Assembly (NCBI GenBank): GCA_023515725.1
Contig: JALDTO010000135.1
Span: 124,647-188,646 of the forward strand
DNA: 64,000 bases
DNA from: Amoeboaphelidium protococcarum X5
Lineage: Eukaryota > Fungi > Aphelidiomycota
Reading direction: 5' to 3'
Shown: one piece after another, positions 56,633-64,000 of the stretch
How positions within the stretch are numbered: the stretch's first letter is position 1
Layout: every line of letters starts with the position of its first letter
Position numbers and translations under genes: made by a program
Notes under the pieces: generated by a model
Seen by the model: only the letters and a program-made list of their open reading frames with translations
What the model was told of the DNA's origin: nothing
The model's database searches: none

Positions 56633-57699
56633 TATTATTTTTTAAATCTCACAGCAGTTTATAATTTATTATCTTATTTACACTTGACTTGATCTATCAC
56701 AGAAATAGACTGTACATTGTAAGATGGGCTAGGCTGATTATTATTAAAGGTTGTTTTAAAAATAGATTTCCATCTGAATCTGATTAATGCTGTAGACACG
56801 ATTAAACGCTAAAACATCACATGAGCATATACATTGAATATACTACGTAATCATAAAATAATAAAATCACAGGAAGCGGTTCGGGAATATACTCATAGAC
56901 ATTTATTTTACACTATCTATTCAAAGTAATTCAAAATAAGACTCCAAATATCACGTTAAGTGCGCGATTAGAGACACCTTTCGGGTGTTAAACCGAGCAT
57001 TATCAAACTCTGGGAGTTAATGAACAGCATCAGTTAAAAATTACCTACACTTATCGCCAGTCTATGGATCTTTACAAGCTAACATAGATTCACCCATCTA
57101 TTAAAGTGCATCACAGAGGGACGTATACTAATTCTACACTCTGATATAAGTATAATCATCACGAGACAGACCATTCTTGTTATATGGAAAAGCCTGGCGC
57201 AACTACAATTGTAAATCTCTAATCACATTCTCTTATTATGCAAGTCTTTGAATTATATCTTGTTAATCTTAGCTCAACTCTATTTAACCATCCACCCCAT
57301 ATTGACCAGTTTCTTTTGAGGGCTATGCTTATTATTATTAAGATCTAATTTTGAGTCTCTTTAATTACTCTGCAGGGTCGACAATATGCTGAGAGGATCG
57401 CTTCCTACTATTAGGAGAGAAATGGGATTGAGACAGATTCACCTCTGCACTCTCATCGTGCATAATTATAACCATAATTATCTTGTTATTATTATAATGA
57501 GGATGGAAAGCGTAATTCAATTACTGCAGATATAAATTTACGATTTCTACGACCGAGAACAGAGAACAGAGAGGAAAAATGAGAGGCGCCAACTCAAAGC
57601 GATCAAGTTTCGTTCCGCATCGAGTATAGAAACGCACTTAATTAATGCGGCAGCTTCAAGTTGTTAATCAAAATATTAGCCTAAAGTGTTGCACACAAT

Positions 57700-58428
57700 A
57701 TGATTATTGATATATACGTATTGGATAGGAGAAAATTTGAGTCTAGCGATAACGGATTGTAGAACACGAAGGCCGATTATACAACATATGGTCGCAAGCT
57801 ATTGGATTGGTGGATCACTGAAATTTTGGGGATCAAATGCGAGTACGAGATAAATAGGCGGTAAGATGGAGGAAAGCCATACAATAAAAGCAAAGATGGA
57901 ACTGAAATCATCGCGTTTAATATCTCTCATTAAGACGATCTGGTGGTACTCGCAGCGGTTTATTGTAAATCTTTGTTATAGACACTGCGACTGGGAGTTG
58001 ATGTCGTACATTTGAATCTTTCATCATTCGGGCGTGATATAACCAGTGTAGAATAGGCATATTAGAGTATGCGGCCTGCCTTTTGCGAATCAGAGTAGAA
58101 AAGTATAGAATAAAGATTGTATGAGCATGAGGATGATAAGTAAGCGTTGTCTCTCATATTACATCTATGGTCAATGAAGGAAGCTTATTTGAAGGCTATC
58201 GGTATTGGAATAGGATCTACGGAGTTGTCATAGTATTGCATGTTATGTCCTATCAGAGACTAGCCTTTACAGGAATATGCCGGGTTCAAAATTCTATCTA
58301 CCAGATGCTCGCATGATTAAGATTATCTAACTACCGTCGCATTTGAAGACTCTAAATCTGCAGTATCCGAGGGAGTTGTTGAATATCATCAAGTCTAATA
58401 TAACGGTCATAAATTTTCGCTCTATTGA
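57700..58428 (+). CDS. LYS5: Sfp-type 4'-phosphopantetheinyl transferase (Lys5/AASDHPPT)
   Basis: GKP, FNISHQ, LGVDV, WSMKEAYLKAIGIG. Confidence 0.9.
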
Positions 58429-58473
58429 ACAATAACTGATCTAGATATACATGTAATCATCATTAGTGAGCCC

Positions 58474-61302
58474 TCAAGACATCAGTAGTAGACTTTTGAA
58501 GAGAGCATCAGAGGATATCAAGTGATGGGCACTGTCATAATTGAGAATTTCTGTAGAGAGACGCTCCAGCTCTTCCAACTGCAGACGCTGTGTTGAGTTC
58601 ATGCGCGACTTCTTCCGCCTCAATCCTTTATCATCAAGGCATTTGAGGATGAGATAATGTAGCCAATATATATTAGTTTTAGGATTAAACTCTTTCCAGC
58701 ACTGCTTATCGCCAGTATGCTGAGGATCTAGCAAGTCCCGCATCATTCTATACACGTCGAATTGATAATCACCTTGTCCTTGGAAGTATGCCTCCTCATC
58801 GTATGGCCGGCATATGACTTGTTACTGATTTATGGAGACTCTGGAGAATGTATAGTCGATGATGGTGCATCTAACACCGCCTGATGGTACGTTATACTTT
58901 TAACCGACAATACAATATTCATACTCCTGATCATCAGTAGCTTTAAGCAAAACATTGCCCCAATGAAGATCTCGATGTTCAAATTGTACCGTCTTCTCTG
59001 CTTGTGCTATAGTGAGTGAACATTAGACAATCAAAGAGACGGCCTACTCTATCTGAGACAATTTGAAATGCTCTAAATCACATCCACCATTCTGCAGGAG
59101 GAGTACGCCATACTTTTAATCAGATTTAAATTCATCTGGTCTATCGTTCTCTGACTAGTGAGTCAGAGCCCACGAGTCCCAACAGCTGAGCAACTTCTGT
59201 GGGTACTTTCCAGTAGTGACATACAAACCAAGACATTGAACAAAATTGAGTCCACCAAGGAGTTTACAGTCTCCCAGTAGCTTTGTCAAAATGAACTCTT
59301 GCGCTAATTCATTAACACTGGTTTGTGGATCACCATTAACCAGCACTTTACGATTATCACCAAATGGTATAACTTTCATCGCAGCACTCTGTGTCTAAAT
59401 AGCTTTCTAGTCACTCTACTTCTCCTAACAATGTCCACCATGAAGAGATTACAAAAGCAAATCATAAACCTCTGAGAATGTAGCCTCGCCCAACTTGCAC
59501 AGCTTTTTGATATCAAATTGCTTAAAGAGCTTAGTAAAACTTAAGGCCTGCTACTAGTTACAAATTCGAAAAATATCTTTGAGTATATAAGTCTCTAGAT
59601 CTTGATTAAAAGAGATCCACGATACGTCCAAGCTCTAATCACCTAAACTTAATCTACCCACTCCTTCTACTGTCTATATAATCTAATCATCGAAAGCATT
59701 ATCTTATTCACTATCTGAAGCTGTGTTTTACTACTATCCGCTTTACTCAACTTGCTCCAGTTGTGGGGTCTAAGAATCTATAATAGGAGATTTCTTATCA
59801 TCACAAGCCATGTTGCTATGCCCACTAGTATCAAAACCAATTAAAACATTATCAGCTTAAACATCTGCCAAAGTTTTATCAACACTTTTAGAGTCATTAT
59901 TTTTACTTGTACTGTGGACATCTTATGCAGACCCAATGACAGTAGAACGTTCTTTATTTTCGGAGCAGTTTCTAATAGGTATTACCGAATCGACACTCTG
60001 CATTAGACCATTTTAAGCATCAGCATTAGATTCAATAGCTGGAAAATCAACATCTACGTTGTCCTGTGATGTATCCTGGCTGTCATCTGAATTTAAACGG
60101 CGAACCTCTAATGGTTACTTAAACGATGACTATTATTCTACCGGACTCGGGCATTATTATTAAGCAGCAGCAGATTGATCAACAGCATCAATTACTATAT
60201 CATCGATCAAAGACTTGACTAGTAATAGAACCGACTCCTTTCTTTCACATTCACCAACGTAATCTTTCTAAGACTACGTGGATTGTTCACCACCGAGAGA
60301 GTTAATAGGAATCTGACTGACATTCTCCGGATCGGTAGTCAAAACATTGACAGCTGGCGACAACGCACGCCTTTTAGAAGGACTATTATTAATATCGTCG
60401 ACTGATACATTGTCCTTACACGATTATATTTCAGAATCCAGAGTTAGATCTGTGGAACAGCCATTGACCACAACAGAGTTTACAACATCATGCACAGACA
60501 AATCTGAACCAATTGAGTTCGGTGACAGCTTAAACGGAGTTAAATTCTAAAATTACATTGTCAACCTAGGCAGCTTATGTCTACCAACATTTATAGACCC
60601 GACGGGTGTGGAATGGTACATGAGAGGTTAATTCAAATCAGCATGGTGTCGAGGAGAACATGGCTCAAGTAGGAACGACTAATGCTTATCATCAATATCG
60701 CAATGTTCGATGTCTACAGGCTCCTCAGCAATTTCTTACTACTCTTCTTATGGAGCGTTAATCACCTTTGGGTGTTGTCTGTCGACTTAATCCTATAGAT
60801 CACACTAATTCTCTATATCACTGTTCTTAATCTTTTCTTTAATTTCAGTGCGATAATCAGACTAAATTTTAGATTCTAAACTCTCTTTTACAGTCTTTGG
60901 TACATCAATATTCTACTTCTTCTTTCTATTGTTATTCAAGGCCTTCTTACGTGTGGATATCTTCTTCACTGCCACAGAGGGCTAAAAGTCTGAATCATTA
61001 CTCTGGATTGATACATCAGCTAAACTCAAATCCTTCAAATTGGCCTTTTTCACCATGACAGTCCTCTTTTCAGGCTCTTACTGAGTATTGAGATGACCAT
61101 CCATATTATAAACATCATTCTCCTTGTCTGCTGTGTCAATCTCAATTTAGGCAGTGAGAACTGGTGCAGCAGAGGTCCCAAATACAGAGGATCCAGGAAA
61201 TGCTATAGAGCCAAATACTGCACCAGACAGCCCCATCTTCTACTATATAGTCCTATTCTTCTTTTTTCCATAAGTCTTCATCTATGGCCGCGGCTGCAAC
61301 AT
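58474..61302 (-). CDS. HASPIN: Haspin kinase
   Basis: N-terminal KTYGKK; KLGEATFSEVY, MKVIP, FEHRDLHWGNVL, IIDYTFSR, GDYQFDVYRMM, PKTNIYWLHYL. Confidence 0.95.
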
Positions 61303-61698
61303 GTTGTGTGATATACTGTTATTTAAAGCTTTTTAGTTGAGAGCAAGAAATACGTATTGTACCGTGGATGAGAAAAGGCAAAAAGTTGAAACAAGAGAAA
61401 TCTATCGTGGCTCTAAATCGCCGTCTGAAGGGACATGATCGCGAATTATTAGCGTCACTGATGGTGCTTTTAGCACAGAATAAAATTTTTCATATTATTA
61501 TTAATAATGAAACACATACTGTAGTTTAAGGCTGAGAATACCTGTTTTTTTATGGAAAAGTGTTGTTTAGGCGCACGAAGGCTTTGGGCATTATCATCAG
61601 CAACACTGAAATGAAGGAACGCGCGAGCATTGTTGTTGTTGTTGTTGCTTCAGCTCCGAAGTGGACGAACAATCTACAGGATATTCAGACAGACAGAC

Positions 61699-63286
61699 AT
61701 GGCTCCTGTATAAAGTGAATCTTTTGTCCAGAGTGCTGATAGATAGAAGGGCATAAGAATACTCACTTTAGATGGTGGTGGGATCAAAGGACTGGTGGAG
61801 CTGAAAGTATTGCTAGAGATCGAGAGAAGAACCGGGAGAAAGGTATTATCAATGTCAGTTTCAGTATCTGAAAGGAGAAAGAGCATTCAAATAGTTAAGC
61901 AATGTTTATTGCATGTAGATAAATGAGCTATTTGACTTGGTTTGCGGTACATCTACTGGTGGCACTATCGCACTTATTACTGGATTGAACTTGCAAGGAT
62001 GTGCAAAGATAAAGCGTCCCAGTCCAGATCCCGCCCATTACAAGCAGCAGGTGGAGGAAGAGTTGAGTCGCCCTTTGCCCGAGCGTATCGCAGATTTGTA
62101 CAAGGAGTTGGCGCATAATATCTTTCAACCTCTAATTGATAACAAATGGTATGTGTTCGCTACTACTCAGGCTAGATACTGGATATCTTATTGTGCAAAG
62201 ATTTATTTCTAATATGGGTATGGAGGCTCCCTCTACGATACAGGTAAACTGGCGGATATGTCTGCCGAGTATTTGCAGCCAGAGTTTGGATTTGTGAGTA
62301 ATGATTAGCTACTAGGCATCGCTGATAAGTATTCATAAAATAAAATGACCAATGTATGTGTTGTATCTGCTATTAAGGTTGGCGACTAGGCGTTTAAGCC
62401 ATACATTTTTAGATCTTACAAGTTGCCACGACTGCCGCCTCCACTCACCGGCATAGAGTCTGCATATCCACACGGGCTAGAAGATACCTGGGGAGTATCC
62501 AGCTACAATAACGATTTCTATCTTGCTAGTGGCAGCGATGGTTAGATCAATTGTGCAGCCAAGATATGGGAGGCTGCTCGTGCCACTAGTGCTGCACCAG
62601 GAGTTTTTGCCCCTATTGTTCTCAAACATCAAGGTGTGTTTGTAGATGAATTATGCAACAGGCGCGAAGTTGACAAGATTGCCTTCATTGATGGTGGTAT
62701 AGTTGCTAACAATCCATCAGAGATTGCTTTGGATGAAGCTTTCAAACTATTCGATGGTAGACCAATCGACTGCTTGGTGTCATTGGGGACAGGTGCTAAA
62801 GGATGGTCCACTGAGTAGAGGGTATTTGCTCTTCGCAATGGCACAGACTCTGCGAAACTGGATTTACCTCAGTGGATGTTCACACTCGATGAAATGGTCA
62901 CCAACGCAGAATATGCGCATCATAGAGTGAGAAATAGGATTGCGTTAGCCAATGAGTAGTACCGAACTTATTAAAATCGTTAGAATGATGCATAATAAGT
63001 CCGTGATGAAGACGTGGTGTAAAAAGATCCTCTAGCCGAAACAACTTACTTCAGGTTCAATCCTCAGTGCCTGAAAGAAGATTACACAATGACTGAATGG
63101 CATCCTGAGAAGTTGAAGTAGATGGAACAATCGGCTGAATAGTATTTGAAGACTGACACCATCTCAAAGCAGATTGATGTTCTGTGTGCCATTTTAACTG
63201 AGAAGAAAGGTTGGCAAGAGAAAGCTAGAGCATTTCGCAAACGTCCAGTGGACACTCTTCTACCTGCAGAATGCCACATACAGTGA
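61699..63286 (+). CDS. Patatin-like phospholipase (iPLA2-gamma/PNPLA8-like)
   Basis: RILTLDGGGIKG, GTSTG, ATSAAPG, DGGIVANNP, VSLGTG, YFRFNP; intron 61843-61918; start codon tentative. Confidence 0.9.
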
Positions 63287-63504
63287 TACTCAATGAGTTG
63301 ACTTTTTGTTGGTTTCTTTAATGATGTAATACTGGAATAAAGGATAAGTAGGGTGTGTTGCAACGTTTTGATTCGACGATTTTCTTCAGTTTTCGCCGGT
63401 GGTTTATCTTTACGAATTTCTGCTGAAGACGACACCCGTTCAACTCGGTAATTTAGTAAATAGGTAGAGTTTCGATAAATTGATACTAAGCAATACGGTT
63501 AAAT

Positions 63505-64000
63505 ATGATTGTGAGGGGATTATCTCATAAGGGAATGGCTAGACTAATAACTAGAAGTAGCCGCGGATTTTGGAAATATTCCATGGCTTCTAGGTAATCA
63601 AAATTATGGACTGGCGCGTCTCGACCAATGCCTGCCATCAATGTTGTAATCAACAAGGTATGATTAATATTTTGATTGATTATTGCTTATATCGTTTATA
63701 TAACATATATTTAATGAATGTAGTAATAATTTCATGGAAGCGCGTTATTGAAATAGAGCAAGCGGGATCCATATCAAGTGCTGGGAGTTAATAAATCATC
63801 GTCACCTGCAGAGATCAAGAAGGCATACTTTAAGTTGGCTAAGAAGTATCACCCAGATGCATTCTAAAGCGCGTCATAGAAGGAGAAGGATGATGCCAAG
63901 CAAAATTTTATTGAGATTCAGGAAGCTTATGATATATTGAGTGATGAATAGAAGAAGGCTCAATTTGATCGGTTTGGGCACATTGATCCTAATCAGTATG
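63505..64000 (+). CDS. MDJ1: Mitochondrial DnaJ (Mdj1/DNAJA3-like), 5' part
   Basis: Arg/Ser-rich presequence, intron 63658-63723, [35 protein letters not shown]. Confidence 0.85.

Noticed and set aside
56974-56988. ACACCT-TTCG-GGTGT UUCG-type hairpin in a 1-kb intergenic region as an ncRNA
   Set aside because: A single short stem with no tRNA/snRNA/snoRNA features recognisable around it
58428-58596. Apparent coding overlap between the PPTase and haspin 3' ends
   Set aside because: The PPTase frame stops at TGA 58426, before the haspin stop at 58474

Overview
Gene-dense eukaryotic (early-diverging holomycotan/fungus-like) nuclear DNA that uses a non-standard genetic code: TAA and TAG encode Gln and TGA is the only stop (translation table 6). 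The supplied ORF track is therefore fragmented; re-reading by hand with table 6 gives about 37 genes, many single-exon, with short GT-AG introns (49-80 nt). Table 6 plus fungus-like genes points to an aphelid such as Amoeboaphelidium protococcarum (inference). Housekeeping genes include RNF10/Mag2, signal peptide peptidase, BCAT, dolichol kinase, Pus1, a Vti1-like SNARE, proteasome alpha2, PPCS, NT5C3, Nrd1/Seb1, TMEM70, a USP protein, EMC2, ceramide synthase, Sec23, SAM-kinesin-13, Ccr4, Erv14, Lip2, DTWD2, ODC carrier, Ulp1, RasGEF, PPTase, haspin, patatin and Mdj1. Highlights: (1) all 15 introns I could place end in the same pentamer TGTAG, an apparently lineage-specific extended 3' splice site; (2) an intact, host-code-adapted Crypton-like tyrosine-recombinase gene flanked by a 14/15-bp direct repeat; (3) a divergent DONSON homologue; (4) a head-to-head pair of GnT-I (MGAT1) paralogues; (5) a degenerate HNH effector-like gene and secreted orphan proteins. 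All calls come from manual translation and remembered family motifs; no database searches were run.
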